52,494 bases of DNA from Candidatus Daviesbacteria bacterium (GTDB lineage: Bacteria; Patescibacteriota; Microgenomatia; Daviesbacterales; UBA10151), in the NCBI GenBank assembly GCA_041690695.1, contig JBEPVZ010000004.1:1-52494 (forward strand), written 5' to 3'. Numbering within the stretch: position 1 is the stretch's first letter; each line of letters begins with the position of its first letter. The position numbers and the translations under genes are program-made. Shown here piece after piece: positions 45,670-52,494 of this stretch. The notes under the pieces were generated by a model that saw only the letters and a program-made list of their open reading frames with translations, was not told the DNA's origin and made no database searches.

Positions 45670-45786
45670 TAGGTGGTGGGTTTCGGGTTTAGTTTGGCTT
45701 GACATGACAATCTACTCATGCTATTCTTACTTCTACCTGCGGTAGACTTTACAGACATCTTACAAAAGATTTATAAAGGAAAACTA

Positions 45787-45936
45787 ATGGTAAATATGAG
45801 GTTAAGAGCATTATTGCTGCTAAGCGCTTTCTTCTCAATCGTAGGTTTATCCGTCGTCGCGTCAGTCTCCGCCCATCAAGGTACTGGTTTGGCACATTTT
45901 CACACCAACAAACATCCGTTAATCGTTAAGAAATAA
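45787..45936 (+). CDS. small secreted His-rich peptide (uncertain)
   Basis: 49 aa from ATG 45787 (AAGGA located 7 nt upstream). It has a signal-like MVNMRLRALLLLSAFFSIVGLSVVASVSA followed by HQGTGLAHFHTNKHPLIVKK. Promoter TTGACA-N17-TATTCT lies at 45699-45727. Confidence 0.35.
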   Translation: MVNMRLRALLLLSAFFSIVGLSVVASVSAHQGTGLAHFHTNKHPLIVKK

Positions 45937-45951
45937 TTCTTCGAAGTTTAA

Positions 45952-46467
45952 TTAACCCTTAATTTGATCAATTAAATTTTGGTAACGGAGACCGTCAAAT
46001 ATAGTGGCAGGACCAACCTCGCGAGCAATAACTTCTTCACCGTTATTCCTATAATCCCTCATTAATGTTTCTTGTGCTCTATTTCCATACAGTGAATCAC
46101 CGGGCAGACAGTAAATATCAGCCGAATCTTGATAGAGTCTCAAATAACGAAGTTGACTCGTTTGGTGAATATTAACCCAACGGGCCTGTGGCAAATCCGC
46201 TCCTCGTGATAACACAACCAATTCATCACCCAAGGCTAACTGATTAACTAGCACCCGGTCATCAAACATCTCTGACATTCGCTTAGGTAAAGTCTTCAAT
46301 GGCAACAAAGGAACGTATCCATAAACCAAATGAGTTGTGTAAGAAATAGGTGCCAGTATTCTGTAAAAGGGATCTATTATTCGATATCCATCCTTAAGTA
46401 GATCATTACAGTCAGCTCTTAGTTTTCTAAAGGATGCTGCTGTTCGATCATGAGTTTCCAGACTCAT
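45952..46467 (-). CDS. hypothetical protein
   Basis: 171-aa ORF; its start overlaps the PPIase stop by 1 nt. Confidence 0.5.
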   Translation of the reverse strand: MSLETHDRTAASFRKLRADCNDLLKDGYRIIDPFYRILAPISYTTHLVYGYVPLLPLKTLPKRMSEMFDDRVLVNQLALGDELVVLSRGADLPQARWVNIHQTSQLRYLRLYQDSADIYCLPGDSLYGNRAQETLMRDYRNNGEEVIAREVGPATIFDGLRYQNLIDQIKG

Positions 46468-47153
46468 TACTTAGAATCTTCAATCGTCGCTTGAGTAATC
46501 ACATCACCAACTGCAATTTTATCAACCACGTCTAAGCCCAAAGTAACTTGACCAAAGATCGAATAGAGCGGTGACATAGGTGGATTATCTTTTAAAACAA
46601 TAAAAAATTGGGAACCATTAGTATTTGGCCCAGAATTAGCCATCGCCACAGTTCCATGAAGATAGTGCTTAGTGACTGGGTCATCGTTAAACTGATAGCC
46701 AGGACCACCAGTCCCATCTCCTTTGGGATCACCACCCTGAATGACAAAATCAGGTACAACTCGGTGGAAAGTTAAGCCATCATAAAAGTGATTATTAACT
46801 AAATAGATAAAATTTGAAGCCGCTTGAGTCGCTTCTGGATCAATTTGAAACTCGATCGTGCCTTTGGTTGTAACTAAAGTCGCTTTTTTATTAGCTAACT
46901 GATCAGGCGTTAAAACCGGAAAACGGCTTAAAGTTCGATTTGGGGTGGCAGAAGGCTGAGCAGCCGGATTACCAGGTGCTGGCGGTGGAGTACCTTCGAG
47001 GGTTGCGGTCGCAGCATTAGGGGTTGGTAGACTGGCCGAAGGATTAGTATTAGGGGCTAACGAAGTATTCTGAGTGGCTTTACTGGCCAGTAAAGCTAAA
47101 ATTACAAAAACGGTCACAACTACAAAGCCAATTCCAAAAACTCGTTGATCCAT
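46467..47153 (-). CDS. membrane-anchored cyclophilin-type peptidyl-prolyl isomerase
   Basis: 228 aa; N-terminal TM helix, a Pro/Ala/Thr linker, then FHRVVPDFVIQGGDP...GTVAMANSGPNTNGSQFFI. Confidence 0.9.
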   Translation of the reverse strand: MDQRVFGIGFVVVTVFVILALLASKATQNTSLAPNTNPSASLPTPNAATATLEGTPPPAPGNPAAQPSATPNRTLSRFPVLTPDQLANKKATLVTTKGTIEFQIDPEATQAASNFIYLVNNHFYDGLTFHRVVPDFVIQGGDPKGDGTGGPGYQFNDDPVTKHYLHGTVAMANSGPNTNGSQFFIVLKDNPPMSPLYSIFGQVTLGLDVVDKIAVGDVITQATIEDSK

Positions 47154-47194
47154 AGATTTTGAAGTTATATCACAATCTTGAAAACTTTTCTAGC

Positions 47195-47218
47195 GGGAAA
47201 AGGCCCCATAGTCTGGGG
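47195..47218 (-). terminator. weak intrinsic terminator after the beta-helix gene
   Basis: Minus-strand RNA is CCCCA-GACUA-UGGGG followed by CCUUUUCCC. Confidence 0.3.
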
Positions 47219-47224
47219 AAACGC

Positions 47225-48319
47225 TCAATTTCTTCGACCGATATGAGGTGGCAAACTTTTTAAGAGAGTAGGTACTTGCACCACTAAATTCTGATCGGTC
47301 TTAACAACCCGCTCCGATAAAACTGTCGCTGAGTTACTTGTCCCCCAATAGTTTGGTCCAACCATTAAAGTCTCGCCACAACCACCAACTTGAAAGGTTA
47401 ACAACGCGCCTTGAAGATCGTTCTCAACCAGATTAACTTTGCTATCACAAGGAATTTTAATTTTGGTTCCACCTTCAAAACGGTTAAACGAGATTACCCC
47501 ACCATGGTCTTCATCACCCGTTAAAAATTCAACCGCAGTTTGAGTTGGCATCTCAAAATCGTTATTAGAAATAATCGGACTGCCAAATCTGTTCGGATCT
47601 ACCCGAACGCCAACCGTTGTATCATTTAAAAACAAGTTATCCGTAATTTTAGGACTTGAGTCGACCGCCAAAATGGCTTGCCTTAGACTCGACTTAAAAA
47701 CATTATTAATAATTGAGGGTTGACCTTCATTAGCACAAATCGCACATTCGACAACTTTTTCAAACTGACTATCCCGAACAGTTACCGAGTCGCCAATCTC
47801 AAGTCGTCTGTAGTCTGAAGCTAAGATGTGACCGAGAACCCCCTTCTCAACACCAATAATATTAAAATCATATGGGCTATCCTGGTTGGTTGGAGCATTC
47901 GAGGTAATAATAATCGGCTGAGTATCTGTTCCAATCGCGTTGAGTCGGCTAAACCGAAGGTCAATCTTTTGGCTCTCATCCCAAAACAGTTCTCCATTTC
48001 GAATTCCATGCCAGAGTGGACCAGTATTTAAACCCGCCTTAAGATCCCACGGCAGATAATTAAAATTTGATTTATCACCATCTTTATTAACTACAATCTT
48101 TGTGCCCGGGGCAACCGTAACCGTAACCCCAGGCGTAGTGATAAGATCACCGACAACCGTAATCGTCCCTGACCAATTTTGATTTCGCCAAATTAAACCG
48201 TTAACCGATTTATTAGCGACGTTCTCGACCCCAAGAACTTTGGGAAGAATATAATTGAAACTCATCCAAAAGAAGATTAAAACCAGTAATCCTAAACTAA
48301 ATTTGAAAAACCAATGCAT
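47225..48319 (-). CDS. membrane-anchored right-handed parallel beta-helix repeat protein
   Basis: 364 aa; N-terminal TM helix; repeated I(I/S/T)(N/D)N.F segments (IINNVF, ITDNLF, ISNNDF, ISFNRF) typical of PbH1/NosD-like repeats. Confidence 0.6.
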   Translation of the reverse strand: MHWFFKFSLGLLVLIFFWMSFNYILPKVLGVENVANKSVNGLIWRNQNWSGTITVVGDLITTPGVTVTVAPGTKIVVNKDGDKSNFNYLPWDLKAGLNTGPLWHGIRNGELFWDESQKIDLRFSRLNAIGTDTQPIIITSNAPTNQDSPYDFNIIGVEKGVLGHILASDYRRLEIGDSVTVRDSQFEKVVECAICANEGQPSIINNVFKSSLRQAILAVDSSPKITDNLFLNDTTVGVRVDPNRFGSPIISNNDFEMPTQTAVEFLTGDEDHGGVISFNRFEGGTKIKIPCDSKVNLVENDLQGALLTFQVGGCGETLMVGPNYWGTSNSATVLSERVVKTDQNLVVQVPTLLKSLPPHIGRRN

Positions 48320-48327
48320 GAGTAATG

Positions 48328-49203
48328 CTAAACAACTTTATTAGCGGATCCAAATATATCAATTTTATGCTCAACTAGCAACCTGACACTGTCTAAAACT
48401 GGTCCTTCGGCTTTATACATTGCATACTCTTCAGGATTATCTTTCAAAGCTTTTTCTAGGGAATCCTTATAAGCTTGGCGAATCTCGGTATTTAAATTAA
48501 CTTTGACAATACCCTTTTGAATAGCAGCCGCTACTTGATCTTCAGGAATACCGGATGAGCCGTGGAGGGATAAAAAGACTCCAGTTGCTTCAGCAATTTT
48601 AGCGACTAGCTCAACATCTAAGTTCTTGTCTCCACCCTCATATATGCCATGAATATTGCCAACAAAAGCCGCAAAGATATCAATTCCTGTGGCTTTGACA
48701 AACTCGGCTGCTTTAGCTGGATCAGTTTTGGTAATCTTAGCCGCTTCAAGGGCCGCTGCATCGTGATGAACTTCGGACGAGCCACCGATATGATCAAGCT
48801 CACCTTCAGCCACTAGATTTTTCTGATGAGCTAAGCCAGCAATTTTTTGAGTTAATTCGACATTTTGATCATAAGGCAATTTCGAGGCATCACAATGAAT
48901 CAGATCAAAACCAGCTTCGATCCCTTTTAAACAATCTTCATAAGTTGTCGAATGATCAAGATTAACGATAATCGGGACTCCTAAATCGGCTGAATAATTC
49001 CGAGCTAGATCAACAACGTTATCAGCTCCCAGCCACTCCGTTTCACCTGGTGAGGATTCAATAATAACCGGAGATTTTTTATTGGCAGCCGCTTGAGCGA
49101 CGGCTTTAAAAGTTTCTAAATTACCAACGTTAAATGCTCCAATTGCAAAACGTTCAGCTTTGGCCTTTTCTAACCATTCCCGGGCTGTCATAGAATTAAT
49201 CAT
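48328..49203 (-). CDS. fba: class II fructose-bisphosphate aldolase
   Basis: 291 aa; NLDHS, HCDAS, ELDHIGG and LHGSSG motifs. Confidence 0.9.
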   Translation of the reverse strand: MINSMTAREWLEKAKAERFAIGAFNVGNLETFKAVAQAAANKKSPVIIESSPGETEWLGADNVVDLARNYSADLGVPIIVNLDHSTTYEDCLKGIEAGFDLIHCDASKLPYDQNVELTQKIAGLAHQKNLVAEGELDHIGGSSEVHHDAAALEAAKITKTDPAKAAEFVKATGIDIFAAFVGNIHGIYEGGDKNLDVELVAKIAEATGVFLSLHGSSGIPEDQVAAAIQKGIVKVNLNTEIRQAYKDSLEKALKDNPEEYAMYKAEGPVLDSVRLLVEHKIDIFGSANKVV

Positions 49204-49210
49204 ACCATAA

Positions 49211-50233
49211 CTATCTTCCTCTACCTTGGTGGTATTCTCCTAAAATACCTTTGAAAAAACGTTGGCCTTCCGGACCAACCATTCGATCATAATCAGCCGG
49301 ATAAAACTCTGGCAGGATCAATGGAGGATAAGCCAAAGCTCCCCGAGCCTGAGCTTGGCCAAGTTTACCAACAGCCGCTTTTAAATCGATGGGGCCAGTT
49401 ATGAGATCACTATGAGTATGCTCTAAACCTGGCAGATACTGATTAAGTGAAGTTAAAATAACTAATTTACTTAGACGAGGATCCTGTAAAACTGATTCAT
49501 AAGCCGCCAGAGCACCGTTCATCACAACTTCCGGGTGTCTGGCTTTTGACTCATCGAGGTGACCAAGATCAACATCTGCCCCAACCCAAATATCAAATCT
49601 TTTTAAATAGGCCTTTAATTGTTGAACAAACATCCAATACTCAGCATGGGTTTGGAAGTGGGCATCAATTTCAACCGCCATATCAACATTTGAAAATTTA
49701 GCTTTATCCACTAAGGCCTGACCTTCTCTAGATCCTAGCCAAGCTCCAGCCTGAACTCGAATAAATGGACGGGATCTGGGTTGAGCTAATCTAACTTCTG
49801 ATAAAGCCTGCTCCATCCGCTCAGACTGTTGCTTAAACGAACTAACGTTTTGTAAAAACCAACCGGCATTTCGAGTGAATCCTCCAAGTTGTCCTGATAC
49901 ACCAGCTTTCAAACCATCCCTAACCAGGTGACCAAACCGATAAGTGTCTGGAGTATCAATACTTGTGATCGGAATACCCCGCGATTCACAATCAACAATT
50001 AGGTTGGTCGTGTCAACAGCTCTAGCCGGATGAAAAGATAAGCTGATGCCTTTTTTGTTAAAGCCGACCTCGTGCATAACTTCGGCAAATTCCGCAGCTC
50101 GATTGACTATTGCCCGAGATACATATTGAGAAAGTAAGATCTCTGGCAAATGGCGAGGATCAGCCGTCGCACAGCTGATTGAATCAACAGTAATTCTCAG
50201 ATCAGAATCTTCCGGAGCAACCTCATTTAACAT
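49211..50233 (-). CDS. hypothetical protein (His-rich; possibly a metal-dependent enzyme)
   Basis: 340-aa ORF, first gene of an operon with fba; no motif assigned with confidence. Confidence 0.55.
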   Translation of the reverse strand: MLNEVAPEDSDLRITVDSISCATADPRHLPEILLSQYVSRAIVNRAAEFAEVMHEVGFNKKGISLSFHPARAVDTTNLIVDCESRGIPITSIDTPDTYRFGHLVRDGLKAGVSGQLGGFTRNAGWFLQNVSSFKQQSERMEQALSEVRLAQPRSRPFIRVQAGAWLGSREGQALVDKAKFSNVDMAVEIDAHFQTHAEYWMFVQQLKAYLKRFDIWVGADVDLGHLDESKARHPEVVMNGALAAYESVLQDPRLSKLVILTSLNQYLPGLEHTHSDLITGPIDLKAAVGKLGQAQARGALAYPPLILPEFYPADYDRMVGPEGQRFFKGILGEYHQGRGR

Positions 50234-50243
50234 ATTTTGGATT

Positions 50244-50259
50244 ATACAATATTCAGTAT
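50244..50259. promoter_or_regulatory. NrdR-box-like palindrome overlapping the -10 of the leftward operon
   Basis: ATACAATATTCAGTAT followed by G-TTGACC, the same arrangement as at 45654-45669. Confidence 0.5.
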
Positions 50260-50325
50260 GTTGACCAACTAAACGTCCCTCATGGTAAGGTTATTGGGCA
50301 TATTGTATTGGCCATTAACAGACCT

Positions 50326-50341
50326 ATACAACATATTGTAT
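50326..50341. promoter_or_regulatory. NrdR-box-like palindrome overlapping the start codon of the mini-NrdR ORF
   Basis: ATACAACATATTGTAT; its last two bases are the AT of the ATG, exactly as at nrdR. Confidence 0.55.
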
Positions 50342-50492
50342 GGAATGCCCCTTTTGTAAAAATAAACTTAGTTTTGCGACTAATACTCGAATTGTCAAAA
50401 GCAGTAGTGAGATCCGGCGACGTCGGGAGTGTTTAAGTTGTCATCGTCGCTTTACGACTTATGAAAAATCGGAAGGAGAGCTTAAAAAATGA
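50340..50492 (+). CDS. zinc-ribbon-only NrdR paralog (50 aa; not in the ORF track)
   Basis: My translation is MECPFCKNKLSFATNTRIVKSSSEIRRRRECLSCHRRFTTYEKSEGELKK. It matches the NrdR N-terminus and lacks the ATP-cone. Its TGA overlaps the next ATG (ATGA). Confidence 0.55.
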   Translation: MECPFCKNKLSFATNTRIVKSSSEIRRRRECLSCHRRFTTYEKSEGELKK

Positions 50493-51043
50493 TTCTTTTA
50501 TTAATTATTGAAGGTATACTTTTACGAGTCCTACCTCATCCTGCTAACTTTACTCCAATTACAGCCGTAGCTATTTTGAGCGGAGTTTATCTGCCTAAAA
50601 AATGGGCTATTTTTATCCCGATTATTACTTTAGCCAGCTCAGATTATCTCTTGCTCTACCTCCATCCCTTCAGTCAGCAGTTTTTAACTCTCAATAGTTT
50701 TCACTCACCGACTGAACTCTTTTATTCGACGACCCCGTTTGTTTGGGGCAGCTTTATGATTTCCAGTCTAATCGGCTTAACCCTCCGAAAACACAATCGT
50801 TTTATGAATATCTTAAGGGGATCAATTATTGCCTCAGTCCAATTTTTTATTATTACCAACTTCGGGGTTTGGGCAGTCGGTTATTACCCTCAAAATTGGT
50901 CAGGCTTAATCGAAAGCTACACCATGGGCCTGCCATTTTATAGAAACACTTTGATTGGGGATATTTTTTATACTAGTCTCTTATTTGGGAGTTTCCGACT
51001 TGGATTACAATTTAAATCTCTTTGGCGACAATCTTTGAATTAG
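50489..51043 (+). CDS. small 6-TM membrane protein, possible transporter substrate-capture component
   Basis: 184 aa with 6 hydrophobic segments and N-terminal LPHPANFTPITAVAIL; translationally coupled to the mini-NrdR ORF. Confidence 0.6.
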   Translation: MILLLIIEGILLRVLPHPANFTPITAVAILSGVYLPKKWAIFIPIITLASSDYLLLYLHPFSQQFLTLNSFHSPTELFYSTTPFVWGSFMISSLIGLTLRKHNRFMNILRGSIIASVQFFIITNFGVWAVGYYPQNWSGLIESYTMGLPFYRNTLIGDIFYTSLLFGSFRLGLQFKSLWRQSLN

Positions 51044-51989
51044 CTTTTAAGCGCTCCTGCATCTGATTGTAAGTCAATAATCCAGCTTGAGGGCCAATTT
51101 GCTCTACCACCGCTGCCCCATTAGCCGCTCCCCAGCGAATAGCTTTTTCAAGCGGCTCACCATGAAAAAGTCCAGCCAGAGTGCCAGTTGCATAGGCATC
51201 CCCACATCCCGTCATCTCAACTAATTTGGCTGGAAAAACTCCGATCTGAAAATACTTTTCACCATCAAAAGCCGATGAACCGTTTCCACCATCCGTCACC
51301 ACTGCCATTTTGGAACCCAGTTCGACTAAACCTTTCAATAATCTTTTCACAGGCACACTTTGACCTTCATCAAATCCTAAAATTAGTTTGGCTTCTTCTT
51401 TGTTCACAATAAAAACTTCGGTTAAAGATAGTAACCGAGCATTTTTCTTAACACCTAGTTTAATTTGAAAAGTACCTGGATTATATAAAAGTTTGGCACC
51501 AGTTCGCTCCAAATAATTAACCAGTTGAGAGATCAAACTGCTATCAATAAATGATGGCGACAATGAAGTTAGATAAACCCAACGAGCCCGATCTAAATCA
51601 GGCAAATTGTATTCCCAAGGTTGATGATAAATTAAAATTGTCCGGTCACCTTTAAAATCCAGAACCGTGTGATGATTGGAAGGCAACTTGTGGTTAACTA
51701 CTACATAGCGAGTATCAACCCCTTCTTCTTTGAGATGATTTTTAATCTTTTGACCATCCGGATCATTACCCACATTGACGTAATAGGCGACCTTCATTTT
51801 TAGCCGACTAGATCCGACCGAGTTATTAGCGGCATTGCCCGCAACCATCGAAACCGACGGTCCGACCGGGACTTTATCACCAAACCGCAAACATAATTTG
51901 CGCATGCCATGATCGATGACCACTTCGGCATCAGTTAGGGGAACAAAGGTATCGATTACCGCATCTCCAATTGAGATTAGGTCAAACAT
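51012..51989 (-). CDS. PfkB-family carbohydrate/nucleoside kinase
   Basis: 325 aa; C-terminal TGCGDAYATG (PfkB signature 2 region) and an N-terminal GG/NN-type sugar-binding region. Confidence 0.85.
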   Translation of the reverse strand: MFDLISIGDAVIDTFVPLTDAEVVIDHGMRKLCLRFGDKVPVGPSVSMVAGNAANNSVGSSRLKMKVAYYVNVGNDPDGQKIKNHLKEEGVDTRYVVVNHKLPSNHHTVLDFKGDRTILIYHQPWEYNLPDLDRARWVYLTSLSPSFIDSSLISQLVNYLERTGAKLLYNPGTFQIKLGVKKNARLLSLTEVFIVNKEEAKLILGFDEGQSVPVKRLLKGLVELGSKMAVVTDGGNGSSAFDGEKYFQIGVFPAKLVEMTGCGDAYATGTLAGLFHGEPLEKAIRWGAANGAAVVEQIGPQAGLLTYNQMQERLKANSKIVAKEI

Positions 51990-51996
51990 GGTTTAT

Positions 51997-52494
51997 TTAT
52001 GAATTGAGTAACGTATCAATCTTAGCTTGAAAAACTGCTAAAGGTAAAGCACCGGAAATCTTATAACCAATAATCTTATTATCTGATGAGTAAATCTCAA
52101 AGACATTTTGAGGATAGTCTGTGGTTGGAACAACTTTCATCCCTTCAAGATTATTATCTGACGCCAATTTACCAACAAAGAAGGTTGGAGTTGCATCTGC
52201 CCCAGCTTTGGTGGCATCAGCAATATCGCTATCAACTAGTGAAACGTATTTGCCAGAATCTAAGCATTTTTGAAGTAAATCACCGTCTCCACCAACAGTG
52301 GCTGCTAAAGTTGGTAACTGGGTTAAAGCTAAACCAAGACCGTTTGAAGTGGTTTTGGTAAACATGGCATCATGATATTTAAAATAGAGATCATCTCCAC
52401 CTTGATCACGAATACAATAAGCTGCTTCAGCCTCTTTGTGAGCATTTTGATGGAAAGGTAGTGGCAAATTGCGATAAACCTCTCGCATCTTACC
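51997..52494 (-). CDS. DsbA-like thioredoxin-fold protein, N-terminus outside the window
   Basis: NLPLPFHQNAHKEAEAAYC and ATPTFFVG motifs typical of DsbA-family proteins; the ORF is still open at the window edge. Confidence 0.65.
   Translation of the reverse strand, partial: GKMREVYRNLPLPFHQNAHKEAEAAYCIRDQGGDDLYFKYHDAMFTKTTSNGLGLALTQLPTLAATVGGDGDLLQKCLDSGKYVSLVDSDIADATKAGADATPTFFVGKLASDNNLEGMKVVPTTDYPQNVFEIYSSDNKIIGYKISGALPLAVFQAKIDTLLNS

Noticed and set aside
1103-52361. Other short shadow ORFs from the track: 1103-1324, 4889-5071, 10297-10497, 10511-10759, 11072-11272, 11540-11731, 12247-12453, 17221-17409, 18391-18603, 20973-21158, 23021-23230, 23579-23767, 23770-23970, 37958-38149, 38598-38792, 41339-41575, 42099-42338, 47821-48009, 47828-48031, 48618-48803, 50743-50943, 51188-51412, 52086-52361
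   Set aside because: Each lies inside or antisense to a longer ORF with recognisable motifs or coherent membrane topology. None has a promoter or start context like the real genes.
1-52494. Alternative genetic code (UGA recoding, as in some CPR lineages)
   Set aside because: Long conserved genes (secA, lon, nrdJ, lysS, serS) read through uninterrupted with the standard code, and several genes end in TGA at the expected position (for example the ATGA overlaps).
1-52494. CRISPR arrays, rRNA genes, IS elements and prophage genes
   Set aside because: I saw no regularly spaced direct repeats, no rRNA-like conserved segments, and no transposase, integrase, terminase, portal or capsid-like ORFs in any frame.

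Overview
A 52.5-kb, AT-rich, tightly packed bacterial window. There are no rRNA genes, CRISPR arrays, transposases or integrases, and one tRNA (Glu-CUC). Long ORFs read through under the standard code. Gene content suggests a small-genome, uncultivated, Patescibacteria/CPR-like bacterium, but that taxonomic call is only a guess. Housekeeping genes recognisable from their translations: tsaE, dgkA, rsmH, secA, serS, lysS (with an extra C-terminal HD domain), greA, a NUDIX hydrolase, a PAS histidine kinase with a receiver-only response regulator, ppa, lon, cobO, nrdJ (class II RNR), nrdR, a cyclophilin PPIase, class II fba, a PfkB kinase and a partial DsbA-like gene. Accessory content: (1) a 12-kb surface-glycan/surface-protein locus (1.8-13.9 kb) holding GT-C, GT2 and GT4 enzymes, a flippase, a His-less CPBP homolog and an archaeosortase-like enzyme next to a PEF-CTERM cargo; (2) two metallopeptidase-like genes inside a greA-lysS-serS operon; (3) about 5 kb of ORFan genes (31.1-35.9 kb) next to tRNA-Glu. 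Most interesting observations, all read directly from the sequence: (a) an unannotated 50-codon, zinc-ribbon-only paralog of NrdR at 50340-50492. It has its own duplicated NrdR-box operator region and is translationally coupled to a small 6-TM membrane protein. (b) A roughly 150-nt promoter-to-terminator leader with a four-segment attenuator architecture and a 21-codon leader ORF, directly upstream of a divergent ArgRS-like gene. (c) The archaeosortase/PEF-CTERM pair. (d) A LysRS-HD fusion. (e) A CIRCE operator on the lon promoter. (f) A recurrent arrangement in which a -10 hexamer ends 6-8 nt before the start codon, implying widespread leaderless mRNAs. No similarity searches or structure predictions could be run, so all family assignments come from motifs recognised by eye.
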